Assembly: GCA_937864235.1 (NCBI GenBank)
Contig: CALMJI010000018.1
Span: 8,939 to 72,938, forward strand
DNA from: an uncultured bacterium
GTDB lineage: Bacteria; Patescibacteriota; Minisyncoccia; SW-4-49-11
Direction of reading: 5' to 3'
Length of the DNA stretch: 64,000 nt
The notes under the pieces were generated by a model. The model saw nothing but the letters and a program-made list of their open reading frames with translations. It searched no databases and had not been told where the DNA came from. Shown here piece by piece: positions 42,163 through 52,041 of the stretch (positions are counted from its first letter, which is position 1; each line of letters opens with the position of its first letter). The translations under genes were made by a program, and so were the position numbers.

Positions 42163-42179
42163 AGTATATTAGAGATTAA

Positions 42180-42998
42180 TTATTTATGTGGATTAGGTTT
42201 ACCCCAAGTTTTTATGAAAAACTTGATACCATCTTTAATATGTATCCAATAGATTTTTTTAAATAATAGATTCAACACAAAACCATTTTGGCTAGATTTG
42301 CGATGATAATGATACATCTTTACCTTAGGATAATAAACTACTTTATATCCAGCAGACCAAACCTGCCAGGCAAAATAAGTATCTGATAGATATAAAAACA
42401 TATCTTCGTCAAGATAGTTTATTTTTTCTACTAAAGTTTTAGGAAACATATAGGCCGCCCCCAAAATCCAATCTACTTCCCTAATAGATTTATGATCCCA
42501 ATCTGACATCTTAAATCTATCAACAGCTTTCTTTGCAAATGGGAATAATCCAACTGGAGTTCTGCGATATAATGCTATCAATGGTGTCAAAAATTTATAA
42601 GTAGATTCTTGTACAGAACCGTCAAAGTTTAGTAACTGAGGTCCAATAAGACCTACTGATGGATTTTTTTCTAAATAATCTACCATTTTTTCAACCATAT
42701 CAGCTTCCAAAAAAGCATCAGTATTTAGATTAAATATATAATCAGATTGAGCATATTTAGCACAAATATTAACCCCTTTAGTATAACCATAATTTTTGGT
42801 TTGCTTTAAAAACTCAACTAAAGGATACTGATTTTTGATATCTTCTTCCAATTCATCAGCATCTTTTGAAGCATTATCTAACACGATTACCTGAAAAGGA
42901 ATGGTAATATTTGCTTGATAAATTTTTTTCAGACAATATAAGAGTAAGTCTTTTGTATTATAGTTTACAATGGTGAGAGCGACCTTATATTTTTGCAT
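42180..42998 (-). CDS. GT2 glycosyltransferase
   Basis: IVNYN, DNAS.D, LNTD, DWILGA. Confidence 0.9.
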   Translation of the reverse strand: MQKYKVALTIVNYNTKDLLLYCLKKIYQANITIPFQVIVLDNASKDADELEEDIKNQYPLVEFLKQTKNYGYTKGVNICAKYAQSDYIFNLNTDAFLEADMVEKMVDYLEKNPSVGLIGPQLLNFDGSVQESTYKFLTPLIALYRRTPVGLFPFAKKAVDRFKMSDWDHKSIREVDWILGAAYMFPKTLVEKINYLDEDMFLYLSDTYFAWQVWSAGYKVVYYPKVKMYHYHRKSSQNGFVLNLLFKKIYWIHIKDGIKFFIKTWGKPNPHK

Positions 42999-43000
42999 AT

Positions 43001-44050
43001 CTATCGTTGAAGTTCTGTAATTTCAGTACCAAATATACCCTGTATATCTTTTTGGAAAGCTGTAAAATTACCACTTCTTGGAATAATTACATAACCTATA
43101 TCAGGTAGGGTTTGTGAAGTAAATGGACCATCATTAGATGTGTCATATCCTTTTTGAATCATATTATTCATATCCAAGGTGCTAACAGTATCTACAGCAA
43201 TTCTTAATTCTTCAACTGTCATTGTAGTTCTAACATTAGTTCCAAAATTCTCTAAAAGATTAAGCATAAAAATAGGATTTTTAATAGCACCACTCTGTTC
43301 AGCCTTATCTTTAATAGCTGTCATAACTTCTCTTTGCCTACGAGAGCGATCAAAATCATTACTCGTTAATCTAGCTTGAACATATTTAAGAGCTTTATCA
43401 CTGTCTAGCTCATTCAATCCTTTCTTGACTCTAATACCACCATCATAATTAGGGTCATAAAAATTACTTTCAGCATTAACTGTAATACCGCCAAGAGCAT
43501 CAATTATCCCCTTAAAAGCAATAAAATCAACACTAACCCCATAATGCATTGGCATACCTGTAACATCTTCTAAAACCTGCATAGTATATTGCAAACCTTG
43601 TGGAGGCTTTTGTCTAAAACCAATAGCATGAGCTGCGTTGAGCTTGCTATAACCTTTAGTCCCTGGAACTGTTACTCTTAAATCTCTAGGGATTGAGACC
43701 ATAGCTATTTTTTTTGACTCCTGTTGCATAGAAAGGATCATTATAGAATCAGCCAATAGCCCACCGTTTGGATCATTCTCCCCCCTCATACCAAGAAGCA
43801 CTATATTAGTTCTACCATTATCTGATTTTAACTGCTTGTTGGTAGCTCCAGATAATAATGATCTAGCTGTATCAAAAATAGATTGATTCTCCCCAGTAAT
43901 ATTATTAATAGATTTATTAGCTCTATAGGCAAAATATCCAAATACAGAAGCCCCAATAAAAAAGATAATACCAAAGGTAATCAAAAGCTTTTTCTTCCAT
44001 GGCTTCATCTTCTTCTTAGATTTTTGATCATTAGGTATAATTTTTTTCAT
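43001..44050 (-). CDS. LCP-family glycopolymer transferase
   Basis: TM anchor, NIVLLG, DSIMI, SIPRD, DFDRSRRQ. Confidence 0.92.
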   Translation of the reverse strand: MKKIIPNDQKSKKKMKPWKKKLLITFGIIFFIGASVFGYFAYRANKSINNITGENQSIFDTARSLLSGATNKQLKSDNGRTNIVLLGMRGENDPNGGLLADSIMILSMQQESKKIAMVSIPRDLRVTVPGTKGYSKLNAAHAIGFRQKPPQGLQYTMQVLEDVTGMPMHYGVSVDFIAFKGIIDALGGITVNAESNFYDPNYDGGIRVKKGLNELDSDKALKYVQARLTSNDFDRSRRQREVMTAIKDKAEQSGAIKNPIFMLNLLENFGTNVRTTMTVEELRIAVDTVSTLDMNNMIQKGYDTSNDGPFTSQTLPDIGYVIIPRSGNFTAFQKDIQGIFGTEITELQR

Positions 44051-45165
44051 AGTGAATTTACTTCCTTTATAACTTGTATAGTTTCCTTAGCGCAACGATT
44101 CCAAGAAAATTCTGACACCCTTTCTAATCCCTTAACTCTCATTGTTTGCCTCAAATCTGGATTACTTATTATATTGTCTAATACTTTTGCCATATCGTCA
44201 ATATTATGTGGGTCAAAAGATAGACTGGCCTCTCCCCCAACTTCAACCAGACTAGGAGTATTAGATACTACTGTAGGCACTCCACAGGCCATTGCTTCTA
44301 AAATTGGCAATCCAAACCCTTCGTAGAAACTAGGCAATACAAATAAATCTGATCCCCATAGAAGTGGAGATAATTCTGCATCCTCAAATCTACCAGTAAA
44401 AATTATATCTTCCCTATAGTCATCTCCAATTTCCTTCATTACATCTTCTACCAACCAAGCTTTGGCTCCTGCAATGACTAGCTGATAATTATGATCAGTA
44501 GTTTTTCTGAGTTTCTGATAAGCCTTGATTAGACCTTGAATATTTTTCCTAGGCTGAACATTTCCAATATATAAAATATATGGTTTGGTAATATTATATT
44601 TTGACTTTACATCTGCTACCAAATTTTCTTCTCCTTCTTGCATTAGTCGAAATCTATCCTTATCCACACCGTGATAAACAACGGTAATTTTATCTGGATT
44701 AATTTTATAAAATTTAATAATATCTTGCTTGGTAGCCTCAGTAATAGCAATTAAATGGTCAGCTTTTGTAATTGCTTCTCTTACATAAAGTTTATGCAAA
44801 AAAGCATCCTTAGCAGGGAAAGTTTCAGGATATAAAAGAAAAGCTAAATCATGAATAGTGACAACAGACTTTTGATTTTTTGCCTTCAAAAATGGAAGCA
44901 TTTGAATTGGCATAAACAATACATCTGACCTGTCTCGCCTTAATAAAAATGGGAATACTCGCTGAGTCCACATAAAAGGAGCTTGCTGTACTTTATGCTC
45001 AAAGTTCGGAGCTTCAACTTTTTTATTACTAGGTTTATTATAATAAAAAGTATATTGATTTATCTTATCAATCTCACGAATGGATCGAAATAAATTTAAA
45101 ATATAAGTCTGATTTCCATCCTCCCGCTCTTGACACAAATGTGAACCGTGTACTGCTATTCTCAT
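44047..45165 (-). CDS. GT4 glycosyltransferase
   Basis: TIHDL, PRKN, EGFGLPILEAMACG. Confidence 0.93.
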   Translation of the reverse strand: MRIAVHGSHLCQEREDGNQTYILNLFRSIREIDKINQYTFYYNKPSNKKVEAPNFEHKVQQAPFMWTQRVFPFLLRRDRSDVLFMPIQMLPFLKAKNQKSVVTIHDLAFLLYPETFPAKDAFLHKLYVREAITKADHLIAITEATKQDIIKFYKINPDKITVVYHGVDKDRFRLMQEGEENLVADVKSKYNITKPYILYIGNVQPRKNIQGLIKAYQKLRKTTDHNYQLVIAGAKAWLVEDVMKEIGDDYREDIIFTGRFEDAELSPLLWGSDLFVLPSFYEGFGLPILEAMACGVPTVVSNTPSLVEVGGEASLSFDPHNIDDMAKVLDNIISNPDLRQTMRVKGLERVSEFSWNRCAKETIQVIKEVNSL

Positions 45166-46232
45166 ATATCTAAATTATTATTTTCTAAAGCTATAATTCC
45201 AGGTAATTGACCTTGCTTGGCAATATATTCTAACATTGCTCCACCGCCAGTTGATATAAAGTCTATTTTAGACTCTTGATGTAGATTATGAACCTCATCT
45301 ATAGTCTCCCCACCACCTATCACAGAATAACTTTCCTCATTCTTAGCAATAGCTTGAGCTATTGCTCTAGTCCCTTCATCATAAGGCTTTTGTTCAAACC
45401 AACCCATTGGACCATTCCAAATTATAGTTGATGCCTTAGCAATATATTCAGCAAATAATTCCCTCGTTTCAATACCAATATCATATCTATCGGCCTCAAC
45501 AAAATCTACAGGCAAAATAATTTTCTCACTTTGAGCAATTTTGTACTCATCTATATATTCATTAGCAATCTTCCCACCTACCAAAATATAGTCAAAGCTA
45601 GATTCTAAGACCTGAATGACTGGTAACTTAGTAGATATCTTTGCTCCTCCTATAATAGCAACAGCCGGCTTATTAGGATTAGTCAAAATATAATCTAAAG
45701 CTGCTAATTCTTGCTCTAAAACAAGACCTCCAAAGCTAGGTAAAATCTTGGTAATAGCATCAACTGAGCTATGTTTACGATGCATCACTGAGAAAGCATC
45801 ACTCACATACAAATCACCAAATTGAGCTAGAGTTTGGGCAAATTCCTGACTATTTTCTTCTTCTTTCGCATCAAATCTAAGATTCTCTAGACAAATCACT
45901 TCCCCATCAGAAATATCATAGCTAATATTAGGATTAACTTCAGCAATATCATCTGCAATAAAATTAATCTTAAATCCACCCAACTCAGCTAGCTTCTTTA
46001 TAATTAGACTAAGCGACAAGCCCGCTCTACCCTCCTTTTGTGGATCGCCCAAGTGAGCTATGAGCACAATCTTAGCCCCAGCCTGCCTGAGAAAATTAAT
46101 AGTTTGCGAAGCCTTAGCTATACGAAAGGTATCCTGAGGGAATCCCCTCTCATCCACCGGTTCATTGACATCGATTCTTAGTAAAAATCGCTTCCCCTCT
46201 AATAAGGTTTTATAATCTTTTATATATCTCAT
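45162..46232 (-). CDS. pgk: Phosphoglycerate kinase, compact form
   Basis: LENLRF, GGAK, WNGPMG, STGGGA. Confidence 0.93.
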   Translation of the reverse strand: MRYIKDYKTLLEGKRFLLRIDVNEPVDERGFPQDTFRIAKASQTINFLRQAGAKIVLIAHLGDPQKEGRAGLSLSLIIKKLAELGGFKINFIADDIAEVNPNISYDISDGEVICLENLRFDAKEEENSQEFAQTLAQFGDLYVSDAFSVMHRKHSSVDAITKILPSFGGLVLEQELAALDYILTNPNKPAVAIIGGAKISTKLPVIQVLESSFDYILVGGKIANEYIDEYKIAQSEKIILPVDFVEADRYDIGIETRELFAEYIAKASTIIWNGPMGWFEQKPYDEGTRAIAQAIAKNEESYSVIGGGETIDEVHNLHQESKIDFISTGGGAMLEYIAKQGQLPGIIALENNNLDI

Positions 46233-46288
46233 ATGAAAATATTATATCATAAACTCAATAAATTGTGAATTGCAAATTATATCATCCC

Positions 46289-46478
46289 TTCGTAGCGGAG
46301 GCTTTTAGTCTATCCCATACCTTGTTTGGGATGGGGTTTATCCCTCCATTTTTTCGTAGGAGCATGACACCCCCCTCCTAAAGAGGATAAAAGCTCCAGT
46401 ACAAAAATACCTCGGGCGACATAAGGCCGCCCCTACAAACACAAAACACAATTGAGGGACTTAAAGCCCTACGATTAC
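46289..46478. repeat. Cluster of GTAG-type REP copies
   Basis: TTCGTAGCGGAGG (46289-46301) and GGGTTTATCCCTCCATTTTT (46334-46353) match the RAYT-internal REP; GTAGGGGCGGCCTTATGTCGCCC on the minus strand at 46414-46436. Confidence 0.8.
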
Positions 46479-46540
46479 AAGAATAATTTATATTTCTTAA
46501 CTTTTAATTCTTAATTCTAGCCCGCCCTCTACTACAAAAT

Positions 46541-46569
46541 TTGCTATTTTTGGTATTTTATGCTATAAT
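46541..46569 (+). promoter_or_regulatory. Promoter of the pilB-like operon
   Basis: TTGCTA-17bp-TATAAT with a TG extension. Confidence 0.65.
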
Positions 46570-46591
46570 AATAATATATACTTTTATATTT

Positions 46592-49591
46592 ATGAGTTCA
46601 GTATTAAAACAAAAAAAATCTAATCGTCAAAGCTTTAGAGACAAATTGCATTCTGATAATGCAGTTGAGCTTAATTTAGCGGTAATTCACAAAAAAGAAG
46701 AAGAACTTAATACTCAAAGATTAGCTGACAATCTTGGTATGGCTTATCTGAATTTGCAATTTATTCCTATCAATCCCGATGCTTTGAAAATATTAACCAA
46801 AGAACAGGCTCAAAAGGCTAAAATGATTATTTTTCAAAGATCTGGACTACATCTCAAGATAGCTATACAGGATATATCTAATCCTGTTGCTAAGACTATT
46901 TTACAAAAATTATATCAAAATAAATATGAATTAGATTTATATTTGGTGTCAAAGTACAGTCTAGAAAAGGGATATAATGCTTACGCATTTTTACAAGATA
47001 GGAGTGAAGTTGTCAAAGATAAATTAGTAATTCCTTTTATGATGCTGGAGGATGTAAGGCAAGGAGTAGTAAATTTAGATGATTTTGCTAGTAAAATTAA
47101 CTCTGTTGACACTTCTGAATTAATTCAAATAATTTGTGCCGGAGCTATTACCTCTTTGGCTAGTGATATTCATATAGAGCCCAAAGGAGATATTACGCGT
47201 CTTAGATATCGTATAGACGGTGTTTTGCAGGATATTCTGAATTTTGATAATGCATTATATGAGTTGCTAATCTCAAGAATAAAAAATCTAGCTTCCCTTG
47301 TGTTGAATATTAAAAGCACCTCTCAGGATGGTAGATTTAGTATTATTATTCAAGAGGAAAATGGAAGGGTTAAAAAATCTATTGATGTAAGAGTTTCTAT
47401 ATTACCAAGTAAAACTGGGGAAATTATTGTGATGAGATTATTGAATGCTGAAATTCATAATCTAGATATTTATAGTTTTGGCATTCGAGAATCCTTTTTG
47501 AATACTATAGTTAGAAACTTGGATAAACCACAAGGTATGATTATGTTATCAGGGCCAACTGGATCTGGTAAAACAACTAGCCTTTATTCATTCTTAAATT
47601 ATGTGAATCGATCTGAGACCAATATTATTACTATTGAGGACCCAATTGAATATAGATTACCTAATATAAATCAAACTCAAGTGGATACTAAAAAAGGTTA
47701 TGATTTTGCAAATGGGCTAAAGGCTATTGTAAGGCAAGACCCTGACATAATTATGGTAGGTGAAATTAGAGATAATGAGACTGCGAATATAGCTGTAAAT
47801 GCCTCTATTACTGGACATTTGGTGTTTTCTACTATTCATACGAATGACTCTGTGGGTATTGTGACAAGACTAAAAGAATTTGGCTCTACTCCTCAACTTA
47901 TTATCTCAGCTATGAATTTATTTATTGCCCAGAGATTGGTAAGAAAATTATGTGAATGTAAAGAGGAATATATTCCTACTGAGTCAGAAGTTGACTTAAT
48001 CAAAAAGACTTTAGCTATTATTTCACCTAAATCTAATCTTACTCTCCCTCAGGAAATCAAAAAACTATATAAACCTAAGGGTTGTGTGAAATGTTATGGA
48101 ATTGGTTATAAAGGTAGAATTGCTTTATATGAATTGTTCGAGGCTAAGGATAATATTAGAGATTTAATTATTAATAATATTCCAGAATTTAAAATATTCC
48201 GTAAAGCGGTTGAAAATGGGATGGTGACTTTATTTCAAGATGGAGTTTTACATACAATAGACGGAGAAACTTCGCTTGAGGAAGTTTTATCTGTGGCAGG
48301 AGATATAGGGTATATAGACGAGATTTATGAGTCTACTCTAAGCTCGGCTTTATCTAGAGGAATTCATATCAAAAAATCAAGCAATACTCTGCCTGAAATT
48401 ACCCATCTCTCTGAATCTATGTCTATTGATGATCAGTTAACTGCTATTACCAATGCTGCTCTTGTAAAAAGAGCTACGGATATTCATCTTGAGCCTGATA
48501 TGGCTGATTTGATTATCAGATTTAGAATTGATGGAGTTTTGTATGAGGAAGCTCGTGTACCAAAATCTCTATACCCGCAAATTCTAACTCAAATTAAAAT
48601 TTTTACAGGACTACCTCTTGATATTGCTAATAAAATTCAAGAAGGAAGATTTACTATTTTTGCTGATAAAAACTTTGATGTGAGAGTCTCTATAATTCCA
48701 GGAGGCTATGGACAAACCATCGTACTTAGAATATTAAGGTCAGATATTGCCAAACTCAAATTGCAAGATCTCGGTATGGATGAATATAATATTAATCTCC
48801 TACAAGAGCAATTACAAGCTACTACCGGACTTATTTTGGTTACAGGACCTACTAGTGCTGGTAAATCTACTACTCTATATGCTACCCTTAATACTCTCAA
48901 TCAGCCTGGGGTAAAAATTATTACTATTGAAGATCCGATTGAATATAAATTATCTGGTATTTTGCAAACTAGCATCAATGAAGAGACTGGATATAGTTTT
49001 CCCAATGCTATTAGAGCTTTACTTAGACAGAATCCTAATATTGTCTTAATGGGAGAGATAAGAGATACCGAAACAGCTAAGGTAGCTATGCAAACTGCTG
49101 CAACGGGGCATCTTTTGTTATCTACCCTACACACTAATGATGCCGCCTCTGCCATTTTGAGATTATATGATTTAGGAGTTGGATTGTCTGAGATAGCTAC
49201 TTTTGTGAATGTAACTATAGCCCAGAGAATTATTAGGAAAATTGATCCAGAAACTGCTACTACTATCAACCTATCACAGGAGCAAAAAGAGATTATTAAA
49301 TCTAAATTGCCAGACAGATACCATAATTTAATTCCAGACACTATCCTAGAGGCTAATGCTAGTCCCGATCATCCAAATGGATATTATGGTATCACAGCCA
49401 TTTTTGAAGTTTTAGTATTGACTCCTAAAATTAAAGACGTTATTATCCAGCAAGCTTCAACGGCTAATATCAAAAAACTGGCTATTGAAGAGGGAATGAC
49501 AACTTTGGAAGTTTCTGGTATTCTAAAAGTATTAGACCATACTACTGATTTTGCCGAATTGGAAAGAGTATTGGGGATAAAAGTATTATAA
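46592..49591 (+). CDS. PilB/GspE-family ATPase with two tandem ATPase modules (start revised to MSSVLK)
   Basis: Two copies of DIH.EP, R.RIDGVL, Walker A (GPTGSGKT; GPTSAGKS), TIEDPIEY, GEIRD, TGHL..ST.HTND. Confidence 0.93.
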   Translation: MSSVLKQKKSNRQSFRDKLHSDNAVELNLAVIHKKEEELNTQRLADNLGMAYLNLQFIPINPDALKILTKEQAQKAKMIIFQRSGLHLKIAIQDISNPVAKTILQKLYQNKYELDLYLVSKYSLEKGYNAYAFLQDRSEVVKDKLVIPFMMLEDVRQGVVNLDDFASKINSVDTSELIQIICAGAITSLASDIHIEPKGDITRLRYRIDGVLQDILNFDNALYELLISRIKNLASLVLNIKSTSQDGRFSIIIQEENGRVKKSIDVRVSILPSKTGEIIVMRLLNAEIHNLDIYSFGIRESFLNTIVRNLDKPQGMIMLSGPTGSGKTTSLYSFLNYVNRSETNIITIEDPIEYRLPNINQTQVDTKKGYDFANGLKAIVRQDPDIIMVGEIRDNETANIAVNASITGHLVFSTIHTNDSVGIVTRLKEFGSTPQLIISAMNLFIAQRLVRKLCECKEEYIPTESEVDLIKKTLAIISPKSNLTLPQEIKKLYKPKGCVKCYGIGYKGRIALYELFEAKDNIRDLIINNIPEFKIFRKAVENGMVTLFQDGVLHTIDGETSLEEVLSVAGDIGYIDEIYESTLSSALSRGIHIKKSSNTLPEITHLSESMSIDDQLTAITNAALVKRATDIHLEPDMADLIIRFRIDGVLYEEARVPKSLYPQILTQIKIFTGLPLDIANKIQEGRFTIFADKNFDVRVSIIPGGYGQTIVLRILRSDIAKLKLQDLGMDEYNINLLQEQLQATTGLILVTGPTSAGKSTTLYATLNTLNQPGVKIITIEDPIEYKLSGILQTSINEETGYSFPNAIRALLRQNPNIVLMGEIRDTETAKVAMQTAATGHLLLSTLHTNDAASAILRLYDLGVGLSEIATFVNVTIAQRIIRKIDPETATTINLSQEQKEIIKSKLPDRYHNLIPDTILEANASPDHPNGYYGITAIFEVLVLTPKIKDVIIQQASTANIKKLAIEEGMTTLEVSGILKVLDHTTDFAELERVLGIKVL

Positions 49592-49595
49592 TTTT

Positions 49596-50033
49596 ATGGA
49601 GAAGATAATTTCAAAATCTAGTCTAGAGACCCAAGAAATAGCTAAAAATATAGCTCAAGAAATCATAGCAAACAAAAGAGCTAATGTTGTGCTATTAGAA
49701 GGAGAATTAGGTGGAGGGAAAACCACCTTTAGTCAAGGATTTTTGGCTAGTCTAGGAGTAACTCAAGCAGTGACCAGTCCTACCTTTGTGATTATGAAGT
49801 CTTATGCTATACCCTCATCAGAATATAAAGTATATCATCTAGACTTATATAGACTCAATCAAGAATGGGAGGTGCTAGACTTAGGTATTATGGATATAAT
49901 TTCTAACCCCAATAATATTGTATTAATCGAATGGGCTAGTAAAACCGCTAAAATATGGGAAAATCTACCTCATACCAAGATAAGCTTCGAGGTCATTAAT
50001 TCAAGTGAGAGAAATATTAATATTAACCCTTAA
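49596..50033 (+). CDS. tsaE: t6A biosynthesis ATPase TsaE
   Basis: GELGGGKTT, SPTF, HLDLYRL, IEW. Confidence 0.96.
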   Translation: MEKIISKSSLETQEIAKNIAQEIIANKRANVVLLEGELGGGKTTFSQGFLASLGVTQAVTSPTFVIMKSYAIPSSEYKVYHLDLYRLNQEWEVLDLGIMDIISNPNNIVLIEWASKTAKIWENLPHTKISFEVINSSERNININP

Positions 50034-50038
50034 TCAAT

Positions 50039-50995
50039 ATGTATTATCAATGTGCTGTAATTGGAGATATCACTTTAGATAGATTTTTATTATTATCTAA
50101 TTTAGATATATTAGAATCAGATATTAATCCTGGTAATTTTGTAGTGAATTTAGAAATTGGACATAAAATCCCAGTCTCAGAAATGCATGAATATATTGGG
50201 GGGAATGCCTATAATGTGACTTATGGTTTGAGTTTACTCGGTATTAATACAGCTTTGGTATCATCTGTGGGGTCGGATGACATATCTCAGTATGTTCTAG
50301 AGGCCTTGAGAGAGGCAAATCTCAATACAGAACATCTAGTATCTAGTCCAAAATCTGGAATTAATCAATCTACAATTTTATCAATAAATGGAGAGAGAAT
50401 AGTTTTGTCCCATCATAAAGATAAAGATTATACTAATTTGAGCCTACCTGAGACTGAATGGACATATATTACATCTCTGAGTAAGGGAAGTGAGGATTTG
50501 TTGAGACAATTAATTAATAATACTACCAATAAACTTGTCTTTAACCCAGGATCATATCTGCTCAAAAATAATCTTGATTTGATTCATCAAATTTTACCAA
50601 AAACTGAACTACTGTTTGTCAATAAAGAAGAAACTCAATATATAATAAATTCCACCGAAGAATATATTCCTAATTTAATTAAAGGCTTACATAATATGGG
50701 GGTAAATCTTATTGGTTTGACTGATGGGAACAATGGGGCTTATGTTAGCGATAAGAATACTATCTTATATTTACCAGCCAGAGTAGTAGAGAAAAGAGAG
50801 ACTACTGGAGCTGGGGATGCTTTTGCTGCTGGATTTTTAGCTAATTTTATTCAATCGCAAGATATATCTGAAGCTTTAAAATGGGGTATTATACAAAGCT
50901 CCTCAGTATTGCGAGAAATAGGTTCAGTCAATGGACTTGCCACTATGGATGAAATTATTGAAATATCTAAAACTTTAGAGCCACAGTCCATATGA
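50039..50995 (+). CDS. PfkB-family carbohydrate kinase
   Basis: GGNAYN, FNPG, NKEE, TTGAGDAF. Confidence 0.92.
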   Translation: MYYQCAVIGDITLDRFLLLSNLDILESDINPGNFVVNLEIGHKIPVSEMHEYIGGNAYNVTYGLSLLGINTALVSSVGSDDISQYVLEALREANLNTEHLVSSPKSGINQSTILSINGERIVLSHHKDKDYTNLSLPETEWTYITSLSKGSEDLLRQLINNTTNKLVFNPGSYLLKNNLDLIHQILPKTELLFVNKEETQYIINSTEEYIPNLIKGLHNMGVNLIGLTDGNNGAYVSDKNTILYLPARVVEKRETTGAGDAFAAGFLANFIQSQDISEALKWGIIQSSSVLREIGSVNGLATMDEIIEISKTLEPQSI

Positions 50996-51993
50996 TATTA
51001 TTACCAGAACAGCCATCCCCCACTCATATACCAGAATATTATCAGCTTTTAGATTGGGCTCATCTGATCAAAAAAGATTATCTTAGTCTAGAAAGAATAA
51101 GCATAAAAGATAAAAATGGAGATACTATAATTTTTGCTCAAGTTTATATTTATAAGCTAATTTACAAATATACACAACTTTATATACCTCGAGGACCCAT
51201 TTTATATACCGACAATATATCACAAGCTCAAATTCAAGAATTTTGGCAAGATATTGAGAGCATTGTCGCTAAATATAAAGCTATATTCACTTTAATAGAA
51301 CCTGCTCAAGATTTATATAATAATTGTAATGATTTATTGGATGAGTATTCCCAAAATACTATAATTGAGAGATTGCCTCATCAAACTCAAGTCCTAGATC
51401 TGAGTTTATCAGAGGAAGATTTACTCCAAAATATGCATCCCAAAATGAGATATAATATTAGGCTAGCCAAGAAAAAAAGAGTTGGAATTCAGACCATATC
51501 TAAAAATCATCTGGAATTTGAAAAATATTTTGATATCTTTTTTGAATTGATGCAGGAGACTGCCAAAAGAGGAGATTTTGCAATTCACCCTAAATCTCAT
51601 TATAGACATTTATTACAACATTCTTCTGAGAATATTACAGTATCCCTAATAATAGCAGAATATGAGCAGAATGTCTTAGCTGCTAATATGATTCTTGACA
51701 CCATTGAGCAGAGAGTTTACTTGCATGGAGCTTCTAGTAGTCAAAATCGTAATCTAATGGCACCTCCCCTATTACAATGGGAAGCGATTTTAGAGGCTAA
51801 AAAACTTGGGAAGCAAGTATATGATTTTTGGGGAGTCTCAAAAACTAAAAAATCTTGGCAAGGAATTTCTAGATTCAAAACTCAATTTGGAGGTAGCACA
51901 ATAGATTATCCTGATAGCAGAATAGCTATTCATAACAAAATAATCTTTACTTTGTATGGTCTATTTCGTAAAATAAGGGGCAAAGTAATTTGA
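50992..51993 (+). CDS. FemABX-like peptidoglycan bridge aminoacyltransferase
   Basis: YIPRGP, RYNIRLA, YLHGAS, YDFWG, RFKTQFGG. Confidence 0.9.
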   Translation: MILLPEQPSPTHIPEYYQLLDWAHLIKKDYLSLERISIKDKNGDTIIFAQVYIYKLIYKYTQLYIPRGPILYTDNISQAQIQEFWQDIESIVAKYKAIFTLIEPAQDLYNNCNDLLDEYSQNTIIERLPHQTQVLDLSLSEEDLLQNMHPKMRYNIRLAKKKRVGIQTISKNHLEFEKYFDIFFELMQETAKRGDFAIHPKSHYRHLLQHSSENITVSLIIAEYEQNVLAANMILDTIEQRVYLHGASSSQNRNLMAPPLLQWEAILEAKKLGKQVYDFWGVSKTKKSWQGISRFKTQFGGSTIDYPDSRIAIHNKIIFTLYGLFRKIRGKVI

Positions 51994-52041
51994 TAATATA
52001 TTCAAGCTATAGTAAAATATAATAGAAAATATGTAGTGTCT

